In this document: in pieces, positions 1-9,424 of the stretch | Layout: each line of letters begins with the position of its first letter | How positions within the stretch are numbered: the first letter of the stretch is position 1 | Source of the DNA: Candidatus Multivorans sp. | Lineage (GTDB): Bacteria > Acidobacteriota > Thermoanaerobaculia > Multivoradales > Multivoraceae | Assembly: GCA_965247095.1 (NCBI GenBank) | Contig: OZ251997.1 | Span: 2,624,001-2,688,000, forward strand | Direction of reading: 5' to 3' | DNA length: 64,000 nt | Program-made: the position numbers and the translations under genes | Notes under the pieces: generated by a model | Seen by the model: only the letters and a program-made list of their open reading frames with translations | What the model was told of the DNA's origin: nothing | Databases searched by the model: none

Positions 1-1150
1 CGAGGCGGATCACGCCGCTGTCGAGGCCGCGCCGGAAGTTGAACGCGGCGCCCTGCCAGTGGCCGCCGATCTTCTCCAGGAACACCCGCATGACCATCGC
101 GTGATGCTGGTCGCCGACGAAGAGCTGGCCGGCGAAGGGCCCGAACTTGCCGCCGGTCGTGTCCCACTTGAGACCGGAGGGGGACTGCCCCATCTTCACG
201 TAGGGGAACCACACCGACGGCATGCGGAAGTTCGGAATCAGCTCGTGCATGTCCTTCATGAAGGTTCCGCCCTGCGGCTGGCCTTCGGGCGGCGGCTCGA
301 CCTTGGACTCGGGTAGGTGGGTGGAAGCCATGCCGTGGGGATGACCATGAAAGTCGCCCACATCGATCAGCGAGAGCTTCGAGGCGTTGTTCCACTCGCC
401 CTGGTTGTCCGTGTAGAAGACCTCGCCCCAGGGGCTGACCTCGACGCCGGCGGGAGAGCGCAGGCCGGCGGCGACGAACTCGGCGTCGCCGCTCGCGGGA
501 TCGACTCGGACCGCCCAGCCCCGCCAGTCCGCGAACCCGTAGGGCTGGGCGCCGAAGGGGATGTTCAGCGTCACCCAGAGCTTGCCGTCCGGCGTCAGGC
601 GCGGTCCGAAGACGTACTCGTGGTAGTCGCCGCTGGTTTCCCACGCGTCCGTGACGGTCTCGAAGACATCGGCCCGATCGTCTCCGTCCGTGTCCTTGAG
701 CCGGGTCAGCTCGCCCCGCTGTGCCGTGTAGATCCAGCCGTCGAGCTCGAGCAGGCCGAGCGGCTGCCCGAGGCCGAAGGCGTACTGCTTGAACGCCGGT
801 TGCGGCGGGTCGCTGAACGCGTTCTCGACGATGAAGATCTCGCCCCGCCGGGTTCCCGCCATGATGCGGCCGTCCGAGAGCTGCAACAGCCCGCCGACCT
901 CCATCGACATCCCCTCCTCGAGGGGCATCGTGAGCAGCCGGTAGGACAGCTCCTCCGCGGCGGCCTGCGCGCCGATGGCGTCCTGCTGGCGGGCGAGGAT
1001 CTGCTTCTCGGTCTCCTCGCGCAGGCCATCGTCCAGGGGTTCCTGGGCGAGAAGCGGCAGGGGCAAGCAGATCAGCAGGGCGACCAGCGCTGTGGCGGCG
1101 GCGCGGCCGGGTTGCAAGGTGTTTGCGCTCACGAGGGCCATGGGGATCAC
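1..1150 (-). CDS. Secreted beta-propeller protein (glucose/sorbosone dehydrogenase-like, 'large multifunctional secreted protein' type); 3' end beyond window
   Basis: Hand translation of the minus strand from GTG 1150 or ATG 1141: signal-like N-terminus, then MEVGGLLQLSDGRIMAGTRRGEIF, LKDTDGDDRADVFETV, GDYHEYVFGP, AAGLRSPAG, FYTDNQGEW, GPFAGQLFVGDQ. Frame stays open to the window edge; start overlaps the stop of the upstream gene (GTGA). Confidence 0.75.
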   Translation of the reverse strand, partial: MIPMALVSANTLQPGRAAATALVALLICLPLPLLAQEPLDDGLREETEKQILARQQDAIGAQAAAEELSYRLLTMPLEEGMSMEVGGLLQLSDGRIMAGTRRGEIFIVENAFSDPPQPAFKQYAFGLGQPLGLLELDGWIYTAQRGELTRLKDTDGDDRADVFETVTDAWETSGDYHEYVFGPRLTPDGKLWVTLNIPFGAQPYGFADWRGWAVRVDPASGDAEFVAAGLRSPAGVEVSPWGEVFYTDNQGEWNNASKLSLIDVGDFHGHPHGMASTHLPESKVEPPPEGQPQGGTFMKDMHELIPNFRMPSVWFPYVKMGQSPSGLKWDTTGGKFGPFAGQLFVGDQHHAMVMRVFLEKIGGHWQGAAFNFRRGLDSGVIRL

Positions 1151-4098
1151 CAGGACAGGGTCACGTCGAGCTGGAGCGTTTCGCCTGGTGCGAGGTCGAT
1201 CCGCTGCAGGAGTTGGCGGACTCCCTGGGACTCCCGGACGAACGTCGCGAGGTCCGCTTCGGAGGCATCGGAGGCAAGGGATACGTCGAGCCGGCCATCG
1301 ACGCTCCAGGAGCGCTCCGACGCCGGCACGATCTCCTCACCCTCGGCCAGCAACAGATAGAGCGGACGGGGGTCCGAGCCGGCGGAGAGCTGGAAGCGGC
1401 GGATCAGATTCGTGCCGCCGCCGCTGTGCAGTGGCGTCGGCGCCTCCTCGATCAGGAGGTCGTGCAGGCGGTAGCGCAGCACCGGTCTGCCCTCGTCGTC
1501 GAGCCGGTAGCCGAGGAAACGGCCGCCCACGTTCCGGTCGGCCCGGCCCGCCGTGGGCCAGGGGCTGTCGATGTCGCCCAGGTCCGCAAAGGCCGGACCC
1601 GGCGGAAGATCCAGCACATCCGTGCCGTAGGGGCCGAAGAACCGGCCCGCGCGGCCCTGCCACGTGCCCTTGGCGTCGAAGAAACCGCCTCGCCAGATCT
1701 TCGCCAGGCGGACGTTGTTCGCGTCGAAGGCGACGTGGACGTTCTCCGGGTAGCCGATGGCGATCGACCGCGGTCCGACATCGATCATGAAGGTGCGGAA
1801 CACGATCGGGCGCTCGTCCGGGACGAGAACCAGCTCGGCGCCGATGTTCGTGCCCTCGGGCGCGGGCATGGAAGTGCCGAGCGAGAGGGCGTTCCAGATC
1901 GCATCGATCTGGCCGTCCATCGAACCGCCGCCGAGATGCTGGAAGTTGACGACGCCTTCGGGCCAGAACGAGGGCATGCGGGTTCCCGGGCGGATCGCGG
2001 CCGGATCCCGCAGGAACCGCGCGACCCATCCGGGCCGCAACCGGTCGTAGACGGTGGCGAGGTCGATGGTCGAGACGCCTTGGGCGGGATGGACGTGAAC
2101 GTTGTGGCACGTGATGCAGCTCATGGACTTCTCGCCCAGCAGTTCAATCCCGTCGCGGGCGGCTTCAGTCGAGAAAACCGGTTCGTCGAGGTCGCCTGCC
2201 GCTGCGTCGACTGCTTCGAGCGCGGCGGCCAATCGTTCGGCCGCGGCCGCGGGGAAGCTCGGCATCCTGACCTCCATGAAGTCGCGGCGGACGTGCAGGT
2301 CGTCGCCGGTCAGGATCGAGCGCAACGCGCCCGGCTTCAGCTTTCCGCCGGCGCCGTGGAGCGGAGGCGGCAGCCGCCCCTCGTCGCCGAGGTCCTGGCC
2401 GCCGACGACGGCGAAGTACGTCGCGCGCACCGGATCCGGGCCGCCGACTTCCGCGTCACCGGCGCGTCGCTGGTGGCAGGCGTAGCAGTTGTAGCTCGCC
2501 ATCGTGTGGACGATCTGGTCGCCGGGCTGCCGCGACTCCGCGAGATGGGAAAGCACCCCGAGTGCGGCCCGGATCGCGCGCCTCTGATGACTGGCGAGCG
2601 GATAGCGCGGCGAGGAGTCGCCCGTGTGCATGCCGGGTCCGTTGACCACGGCGGCCGGATCCAGCTCGGCGAGAGGCGGCGGAGCGGCGACGTCCCGCCG
2701 GTCGGGCTGGATTCCCGAGTAGCCGTGGCACGAGGCGCAGCCGTGGCGAACGAAGAGTCGCGCGCCCCAGCCCGCGTCCTCCGCGTCCCGCGAAACCAGG
2801 GTTCCCCCGTCCGGCCGCAGCCGCACGTTCTCGTAGCTGGTGTAGTCGTCGAGAACAGCGCCCCGGGGGAGGGAAGCGCCCTCGAGGTTGACGCGGAGAA
2901 AGGGCTCTCCCGTGTCGCCGCGAATGAAGTAGGTCACTTCCACCGGGTGATCTCCGGCCTCTAGCTGGAGTCGGATGTCCGCCTCCCGGGCGCTGCCGGC
3001 GGTCTTGGTGGCGACCACCTCGCCGTCAACGGCGAGCGAGGAACCCGAGCGGCGGTCCGAGGCCAGGGTGAACGTGTAAGGGCCTGTCGCCGGCGCCCGC
3101 ATCACGCCGGCAAACCGGTACGCGTGGTTGCCGTAGTTCATCTCGACCGGGAGGCGTAGCGACAGGCCGCGGATCCGACCCTCGGCGGCAGGTTCCATCG
3201 CGTCGAGGTCGGCAGGCGGCCGGTCGAAGAAGCCTCTTACGTCCTCGTCCTGCATGGGATCGAGGAAGTACTCGAACTCGAAGCCTTGCCGCCGCTCGAC
3301 CACCTGCGGTTCCTGTTCCCGCAGCAGGTAGATCGCCAGATCCTCCGCTTCCGCCGGGGTCAGGTACAGGGACGGCATGCGCCCGCCTGGCCTTGTCGAC
3401 CGTGGGTCCAGGAGGAACTTCGAGAGCGCCGCGACCGAGGTCTTGCCGGCAAGATCCGGCAGAGGGACGGAGGGAATGGCCGGTTCGGCGCCGGCAGCCT
3501 CCGGCGCGTGGCAGGCGACGCAGCCGATCGAGTGGAACAGCCTGCGCCCCCGCTCCACCGCGGCCCGGAAGCGGAACACCGGGAACTCATCCGCCACACC
3601 GCCGCTCGCATCGTCGGCCGGGTGTGGGGCCCCGTCCGGCTCGGGCGGCTCTTCCTCGTAGAACAGGTAGCGCGCGATGGAACGCGCGACGCGGTTCCCA
3701 TCCTCGGGGTCGAGAGAGTGCAGGACCTCAGGCATCGTCGAGCCCGGCTTGTGTTCGTCCGGGTCGGCCAGGTAGGCGGTGAGCCACTCGACGGTGACCC
3801 GCTCGTTGAGCTCCGCGAGGTCGGGGGCCGTACGTGTGGGTATCCGTTTCGACACGTCGGGCGTCGGTTCATGGCAGGACAGGCAGTTCAGTTCGCCGAG
3901 CAGCACTTCGCCGAGGGCCGCCTCGCTGGCCGCGCCGGCCAGCCGCAGGTGCTCGTAGCCCGGCACGACCGGCGTCGGCGCGGCCGGAACCGCCGCCTGG
4001 GCCTGAATCGCCGCGCTCAGCGCCGCGGCCAGGACCGGGAAGACGAGCCGGCCGGACCGGCTCGGACGCGGTGCGCGGCGGCCGATCACATCGGCCAC
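1147..4098 (-). CDS. Exported pentaheme c-type cytochrome with central PA14 domain
   Basis: 983-aa ORF with signal peptide (AIQAQA) and five CxxCH motifs (CLSCH, CVACH, CASCH, CYACH, CITCH). Four are followed by MP distal-Met motifs. PA14-like segment: YRFAGVMRAPATGPYTFTLASD...GSSLAVDG...LEAGDHPVEVTYF. Confidence 0.85.
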   Translation of the reverse strand: MADVIGRRAPRPSRSGRLVFPVLAAALSAAIQAQAAVPAAPTPVVPGYEHLRLAGAASEAALGEVLLGELNCLSCHEPTPDVSKRIPTRTAPDLAELNERVTVEWLTAYLADPDEHKPGSTMPEVLHSLDPEDGNRVARSIARYLFYEEEPPEPDGAPHPADDASGGVADEFPVFRFRAAVERGRRLFHSIGCVACHAPEAAGAEPAIPSVPLPDLAGKTSVAALSKFLLDPRSTRPGGRMPSLYLTPAEAEDLAIYLLREQEPQVVERRQGFEFEYFLDPMQDEDVRGFFDRPPADLDAMEPAAEGRIRGLSLRLPVEMNYGNHAYRFAGVMRAPATGPYTFTLASDRRSGSSLAVDGEVVATKTAGSAREADIRLQLEAGDHPVEVTYFIRGDTGEPFLRVNLEGASLPRGAVLDDYTSYENVRLRPDGGTLVSRDAEDAGWGARLFVRHGCASCHGYSGIQPDRRDVAAPPPLAELDPAAVVNGPGMHTGDSSPRYPLASHQRRAIRAALGVLSHLAESRQPGDQIVHTMASYNCYACHQRRAGDAEVGGPDPVRATYFAVVGGQDLGDEGRLPPPLHGAGGKLKPGALRSILTGDDLHVRRDFMEVRMPSFPAAAAERLAAALEAVDAAAGDLDEPVFSTEAARDGIELLGEKSMSCITCHNVHVHPAQGVSTIDLATVYDRLRPGWVARFLRDPAAIRPGTRMPSFWPEGVVNFQHLGGGSMDGQIDAIWNALSLGTSMPAPEGTNIGAELVLVPDERPIVFRTFMIDVGPRSIAIGYPENVHVAFDANNVRLAKIWRGGFFDAKGTWQGRAGRFFGPYGTDVLDLPPGPAFADLGDIDSPWPTAGRADRNVGGRFLGYRLDDEGRPVLRYRLHDLLIEEAPTPLHSGGGTNLIRRFQLSAGSDPRPLYLLLAEGEEIVPASERSWSVDGRLDVSLASDASEADLATFVRESQGVRQLLQRIDLAPGETLQLDVTLSW

Positions 4099-4589
4099 TC
4101 GAGGCGTTCGGGGGGGACAACGGACGGCTCGTCCGGTCCGGGGAAGGCAGCCGGCACGCCGATCGTCACCTCGCCGGTGGCCGCGTACTCCGTGCCGCGG
4201 GCGAGCGCGGTCTGGAAACCTGTGCAGTCCAGGGAGGCGCCGGCCGGGCCGCGCAGTGAGGCGTAGAGCTCGTCAGCCGCGTGCATCCAGGTGGTCGGCA
4301 GGCCGGCCAGGATGGGGTGGTCGGGCCGATCGTGGATGACCTGGAACTCCCGGATACGGCCGTGCCGGCCGCTCAACCCCTCGTCGGGCGAGGTGCTGAC
4401 GTCTACCGTGAAGCGCCTGGTCCGCTCGAGCGTCGCCCTGACGGCGGCGGTGGTGCGCGCCCAGTCGTGGTTGTTCACGCCGCCGATGATCAGGACCGGA
4501 ATCCTCGCGTCCGCTCCGGCTGATTCGACTCGCGGCGCCGTGCAGCCGCACACCAGAACCAGGATCGCGATGGAGCGAGAAACGAGCAT
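4086..4589 (-). pseudogene. ThuA-like (class I glutamine amidotransferase fold) lipoprotein with internal deletions
   Basis: ThuA-type blocks VLIIGGVNNHDW, DHPILAGLPTTWMHAADELY..LRGP and GFQTALARGTEYAATGEVT sit together in only 167 aa; the usual intervening segments are missing. Confidence 0.65.
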
Positions 4590-4628
4590 TCAATCGGCGG
4601 TTGAACACGATACACGAGGAGATCCGCC

Positions 4629-4671
4629 CCTGGGAACGCGGGCGTCTCGCCCGCATCCGGCGCGGAGCGCC
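4629..4671 (+). repeat. REP-like palindrome, copy 1
   Basis: CCTGGGAAC-GCGGGCG-TCT-CGCCCGC-ATCC-GGCGC-GGA-GCGCC; recurs six times between 4.6 and 13 kb. Confidence 0.85.
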
Positions 4672-4704
4672 CGTCTGGTTGCCGCCGGCAACTAGGATCG
4701 GACG

Positions 4705-6077
4705 GTGAGCGTCGCGAAAGCAGGCTCGGTTGCTCTTGTCCTCGCGATGCTCCTCGCTTGCGCGTCCGACCTGGGCGAGACTTCCGCGCCGCCGGCCGGG
4801 ATCCCCCACCCCGAACTCGCGGAACTCGAACCGCCCCTAGCCCGAGAACTCGAAGCCCGCCGGGCCGGACTCGACGCGCTGCTCGCCGACGAAGCCGCGA
4901 CCGCCAAGGAGCAGGCCCAGGCCTTCGGCGAGCTGGGCCGGCTCTACCAGGCCGAGGAGTCCCTGGCGCGCAGCGGGACGACCAGGGTCGCGATGGCCGA
5001 CCCGCTGATGCACGAATTGACGACCCTGGCGATCGGCGCCTCGCCGCACCTGGCGCGGGGCAATGCCGCCGCGCGGGAGGGCCGGCTGGCGGAAGCGGAG
5101 TCCGCCTACCGGCAGGCTGTGGCAGCCGACGCCGCGAATCCGCGCGCCCATCAGAGCCTGGGTACCGTCCTGGTTCGCCGTGGCAATCCGCAGGCGGCCC
5201 TGGAGCACTTCGGCGCCGCCGTCGCGCTGGAGCCGGAGAATGCCCGCGCGCACTCGGACCTCGGCGTCCTGCTGGGAGAGCTCGGGCAGAACGACCGCGC
5301 CCTGGAACACCTGGGCCGCGCGGTCGAACTCGAGCCTGGGCTGGTGCAGGCACTGCTGAGTCTCGGCAACGTCCAGGCGCGTATCGGTCGCCTGGACGAA
5401 TCGGAAGCGACCTACCGCCGGGTGCTCGAGAGCGACACCGGCAACGGAGATGCCCGGCTCGGACTGGGGGCCGTCCTGGCGCAGACCGGCGACTTCGAGC
5501 AGGCCGTCGTCGAGTTGCAGGAAGCGCTACGGCACGAGCCGGGCGACGAGCGGGCCTCCCGCATCCACTTCGGCCTCGCCGAAGCCCTGGTGCGCACCGG
5601 CCAGCTTGAGGAAGCCCTGGCGCACTACACCCGCGTCCGCGAAATCGATCCCGACCAGGGCCTCGCCTGGCTGCGCGAGGCGACGGTGCTGATGGGCCTC
5701 GAACGTTTCGCCGACGCCAAGGGCGTGCTCGAAGCGCGGCTGGCAGTTGCGCCCGCCGACGACCGCGCCGCTCACTCCCTGGCGAGACTGCTCGCCGGCG
5801 CACCCGACCCGTCGCTCCGCGACGGTCCGCGGGCCCTGGCCATCGCGGGCGTCTGCTCGAAGCAGACAACGCCGCGCCCGAGGCCGAGACCGCCGCGATG
5901 GCCCTGGCTGAAGCCGGCCGCTTCGAGGAGGCGATCGACATCCAGCGCACCCTGGTCCAGGACGCGCGGCGGCTGGAGCGAGCGGGCGAGGAGCGGCGTC
6001 TGGCCCGGAACCTGGACCGGTACGAGCGCGGCGAGGCGTGCTGTGCGCGGGTGGGGGATGTACTTCCGCCGTATTGA
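4705..6077 (+). pseudogene. TPR-repeat lipoprotein, frameshifted near 5848 and probably internally deleted near 4950
   Basis: Lipobox LLAC and multiple TPRs (AHQSLGTVL...ALEHF..AVALEPEN). After ALAIAG the natural continuation RLLEADN...AMALAEAGRFEEAIDIQR...RNLDRYERG is in another frame and ends at TGA 6075-6077. Confidence 0.7.
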
Positions 6078-6107
6078 GCGGACTGGCGGTCTACCATTGA
6101 GGAGATC

Positions 6108-6395
6108 ATGGCGATGCAGAACCCACCACATCCGGGCGGGATCGTCCGAAGGCAGTGCCTGGAGCCCCTGGGGCTGTCCGTGACGCGAGCCGCAGAAGGC
6201 CTGGGCGTCACCCGGCAGGCGCTCTCCGACCTGGTGAACGGTCATGCCGGAGTGTCGACGGAGATGGCGGTTCGCCTGTCGAAGGCGTTCGGCTCGAGTC
6301 CTGAGACTTGGCTCGGGAGGCAGATGGCCTACGATCTTTGGCAGGTCCGCGACCGTGCCGAGCAGATCACGGTCGAGCGCTTTGACGCGGCCTGA
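6108..6395 (+). CDS. higA: HigA-family addiction module antitoxin (HTH), orphan
   Basis: MQNPPHPGGIVRRQCLEPLGLSVTRAAEGLGVTRQALSDLVNGHAGVSTEMAVRLSKAFGSSPETWL; RBS GAGGAG upstream. Confidence 0.9.
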   Translation: MAMQNPPHPGGIVRRQCLEPLGLSVTRAAEGLGVTRQALSDLVNGHAGVSTEMAVRLSKAFGSSPETWLGRQMAYDLWQVRDRAEQITVERFDAA

Positions 6396-6457
6396 GTGCC
6401 GGCGATGCAAGTAAGTTCCAACTAGCAGCTAGGGGCTTGCGCGGCAGGACGATCTGA

Positions 6458-6500
6458 CCTGGGAACGCGGGCATCCTGCCCGCATCCGGCGCGAAGCGCC
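6458..6500 (+). repeat. REP-like palindrome, copy 2
   Basis: CCTGGGAAC-GCGGGCA-TCC-TGCCCGC-ATCC-GGCGC-GAA-GCGCC, with a compensatory G-C to A-T change in the stem. Confidence 0.85.
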
Positions 6501-6523
6501 GGCCTCTGGGAGTTCTGCCGCGC

Positions 6524-6934
6524 CTAGGCCGATCTGAGGCCGGTATCGACGAACTCTCGTGGGGAGACGACGCGAACGTTCTGCCTGGCGCTGGCTGGGA
6601 AGTGTCTGGCGTTTCCGGTGACCAGATAGTCGGCCAGGGCGGCTGCCGCCACTTCCAGGAAGGGCTCGTCGTGGGGATCGGGAAGCCTGGCCGGCAAGGG
6701 CATTGGAGAGGTCAGTTCGCCACGGGCTTCGACTTGTAGCAGTAGCGCGCTGATGTCCTCTTCAGCGAGAGAGAATCTGGGTCGGCGCAGTACCTCGGCG
6801 TACTCGGCGAGGATTCGCGCGTCGTAGCAGAGGCTGAGGCTGCCTGCAGCGGTCAGCCCGACGATGGTGCCCGGTGGCCCGAAGGGCGATAGCAAACCGG
6901 AGACGAGGACGTTCGTGTCGACGACGATTCTCAT
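6524..6934 (-). CDS. PIN-domain (VapC-like) toxin
   Basis: MRIVVDTNVLVSGLL...EYAEVLRRPRF...DPHDEPFLEVA...ADYLVTGNARHF; ATGA overlap with the antitoxin. Confidence 0.9.
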   Translation of the reverse strand: MRIVVDTNVLVSGLLSPFGPPGTIVGLTAAGSLSLCYDARILAEYAEVLRRPRFSLAEEDISALLLQVEARGELTSPMPLPARLPDPHDEPFLEVAAAALADYLVTGNARHFPASARQNVRVVSPREFVDTGLRSA

Positions 6935-7218
6935 GCGCGGCGTCGGCGCCGCGCTTCATTGATCTCAGCGTTCACTTCGTCGAGGCTCCACTGATCAAGG
7001 CCCGCTTCACGTGCTCGGCGCTGCATATTGAGCACAGCCAACTGTGCTCGGGCTTGCCGAAGCGCCGTCAGCGTTGCTTCGAGGGTCGACGCGGTCGCGG
7101 CAGAAAGGACGGCGACCGGCTTGCCGTTGGAAGTGACCACGAGGTCCTTCGCTTCCCCCAGTGATTCCCAGACTGCTGCGGAGCGAGTACGTAAGTCACG
7201 GATGCTGACGAATTCCAT
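6931..7218 (-). CDS. Phd/YefM-family antitoxin
   Basis: MEFVSIRDLRTRSAAVWESL...DLVVTSNGKPVAVL; directly upstream of the PIN toxin. Confidence 0.85.
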   Translation of the reverse strand: MEFVSIRDLRTRSAAVWESLGEAKDLVVTSNGKPVAVLSAATASTLEATLTALRQARAQLAVLNMQRRAREAGLDQWSLDEVNAEINEARRRRRA

Positions 7219-7237
7219 GGGTGCAACCCTCAAGGTT

Positions 7238-7282
7238 CACAATCGAGTACACGACGGTGGCACGATTGTGTCTTCTCGTCAA
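7238..7282 (-). promoter_or_regulatory. Putative TA promoter/operator
   Basis: TTGACG (-35-like, 7277-7282) and inverted repeat CACAATCG-N17-CGATTGTG (7238-7270) upstream of the antitoxin start. Confidence 0.5.
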
Positions 7283-8350
7283 GACCGTGGACCCAGGGTT
7301 TCCCCCTCGCCCTGAACCAGCGTCTGATACTCGCCAGGGCGCACATCCGTCCAACGCTCCACCGCGCCGTCGGGCCAGCGGACTTCGACGTGGCTGACGC
7401 CGGCGTTCTCGCCATCGCCGAGGCCGACGAGCACTCTGGGGTCGCGGGCTGACGCGTTGCTGCCGTCGGTGTGGACGTGGCGCCAGATGGGCGGTGCGTC
7501 GGCGCGGTGGACCAGGACGTGAGCGCCCAAGGCGTCGCGGTTGTGGGCGACGAGCCGGAGGCCCAGCCACGGGCGGCCTTGGCCGACCTGGTTCAGCAAC
7601 AGACGGGTCGGCGCGTTGCTGTTGACGACGACGACATCGAGGTCGCCGTCGTTGTCGACATCGCCGAACGCGGCGGCGCGGCTGACTTCGGCCGACTCGA
7701 AGACGACGCCAGCCTCGGCCGTGACCTCGCGGAAGGCGCCGTCGCCACCATTGCGGAGGAGCTGGTTCGCCTGCCGCAGCGGGTACGGATCGCCGGCGCG
7801 GATCAGCGCGTCGATGCCGATCACGGCGCCGTTGACGGCGAGCACGTCGAGCCAACTGTCGTTGTCGTAGTCGATCCAGCCGATGCCGAAGGTGGTGAAG
7901 GGGAGGCTGGGGGGCCCGAGTTGCGACGCCGCCGACTCGTCGCGGAACAGGCCGGCGCCGTCGTTGTCGAAGTCGAGCAGGGCCGCGCCGTAGTAGAGGG
8001 TCAGGGCGCTGCCGACGAAGGCCGTCGAGTACGGGATCGCCATGGACATGCGCGTCGCCGGCGCCAGCATGTCGTGCACCTCGATGGTGAAGCGCAGCGC
8101 CTGGTAGGCGAAGACGGCAAGGAAGGCGGCCGAGCTGAGCGCGACCACGGCGCCGATCCAGCGCTGCACCTTGGGCGGAGTCCTGTCGACCAGGAACCGG
8201 AGCGCGAAGTGGGTGCCGGTCTTCATCGCGTAGGCGGCCGAGAGAGCCGCCAGCCACATGAGGAGAAACCGGGCCAGCTCTTCCGACCAGGACAGCCTGG
8301 TCCGCCACCCGCTCGAGGTGGCGGTGTGCACGTTGCTGGTCGCCCGTCAA
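7279..8350 (-). pseudogene. Chimera: TRAP small permease (DctQ) fragment fused to CRTAC1/ASPIC-UnbV (FG-GAP) fragments
   Basis: SWSEELARFLLMWL...MSMAIPY (DctQ) runs in frame into LDFDNDG, WIDYDNDSWLDV, FGDVDNDGDLDVVV and DALGAHV...RVLVGLG...EVRWPDG (FG-GAP/ASPIC-UnbV). Confidence 0.75.
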
Positions 8351-8354
8351 TGCA

Positions 8355-9419
8355 CTAGTGCCCGCCCCAGATGTCGCCCACCACGAAGCCGTTGGGGAAC
8401 GGGTCCTCCGGGTCGAGGACGTACTGGGCGAAGCCGGTAATCCACGCGGTGCCCGCCAGGGTCGGCACCGCGGCGGCGTAGTCGCCGACCTGCGTCTCCC
8501 GAATCATGCGGCCCGTGAACGTCGTGCCCAGAATCCCCTCGTGGACGAAGTCCTGGCCGAGCGGCAGCTCGCCCTTGGCCCACATCGCCGCCATCTTGGC
8601 GCAGGTGCCGGTGCCGCAAGGTGAGCGGTCAAGCGCCCCGGTCCAGGTCAGCGGCTTGTTCCAGTCGAGCGTGCCGGTCGACACGATGACCGTGTTGCGC
8701 CGGTCGGCGCCTGATGTCAGCGGCGGCGCGGAGAGCTGGCCGATCGTGACGCCGCGGATCTGCGGGTTCAGCGGGTGGACGGGCGCGGGAAGCTGCTCCT
8801 GGCAGGCGGCCTTGATCATCTCGCCGACCCGGGCGGCGTCGGCGGCTTCCTCGGGCGCCAGGGTGAGGCCGACCTGATCCGCGTCGGCGATGACGTAGAA
8901 CATGCCGCCGTAGGCGACGTCGACCGTGACCTTGCCGAGTTCCGGCACGTCGAGTTCGGCGTCGAGATGGACGGCGAAGGCCGGCACGTTCTTGAACTCG
9001 ACCCGCTTCACCTTGCCCCGCTCGACCTCGGCGCGCACTTGGATCAGGCCGGCGGGCGACTCCAGGGTGAGTTCGGTGAGCGGCTCCGTCGACGCCACCA
9101 TCCCGGTCTCGATCAGCACGGTAGCGACGGCGATCGTGTTCGTGCCCGACATGCCGGGGTACTCGACCTGCTCCATGATCACGTAGCCGGCGACCGCATC
9201 GGGATGGGTGGCCGGGAGGATCAGGTTGCAGTTCGCCGCCGGATAGCCGCGCGGCTCGCGCAGCATGCGCAGCCGGAGTTCGTCGGCCTCGGTTTCGAGG
9301 TAGCGCATCTTCTCGAACATCGTCGATCCGGGGACGTCGAGGACGCCGCCGACGATCACCCGTCCCGGCTCGCCGCAGACGTGGGTGTCGACGGCGTGGA
9401 TGACGTTGGAGACGCGCAT
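8355..9419 (-). CDS. Proline racemase superfamily enzyme (Ser/Cys dyad)
   Basis: AVDTHVCGEPGR, LREPRG, GMSGTN at the MCGH position, DVAYGG, DRSPCGTGT, GTAWITG; 354 aa, intact. Confidence 0.9.
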   Translation of the reverse strand: MRVSNVIHAVDTHVCGEPGRVIVGGVLDVPGSTMFEKMRYLETEADELRLRMLREPRGYPAANCNLILPATHPDAVAGYVIMEQVEYPGMSGTNTIAVATVLIETGMVASTEPLTELTLESPAGLIQVRAEVERGKVKRVEFKNVPAFAVHLDAELDVPELGKVTVDVAYGGMFYVIADADQVGLTLAPEEAADAARVGEMIKAACQEQLPAPVHPLNPQIRGVTIGQLSAPPLTSGADRRNTVIVSTGTLDWNKPLTWTGALDRSPCGTGTCAKMAAMWAKGELPLGQDFVHEGILGTTFTGRMIRETQVGDYAAAVPTLAGTAWITGFAQYVLDPEDPFPNGFVVGDIWGGH

Positions 9420-9424
9420 CGGAT

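Noticed and set aside
317-2964. Long plus-strand ORFs (347 and 613 aa) and similar antisense ORFs across the window (e.g. 25800-27701, 31629-33722, 49689-51197)
   Set aside because: Shadow frames of high-GC genes on the opposite strand; no recognisable motifs.
6411-6440. GTAAGT...TAGGGGCTT resembling the reverse complement of 46362-46393
   Set aside because: Short match with different spacing; more simply a weak hairpin between convergent genes.
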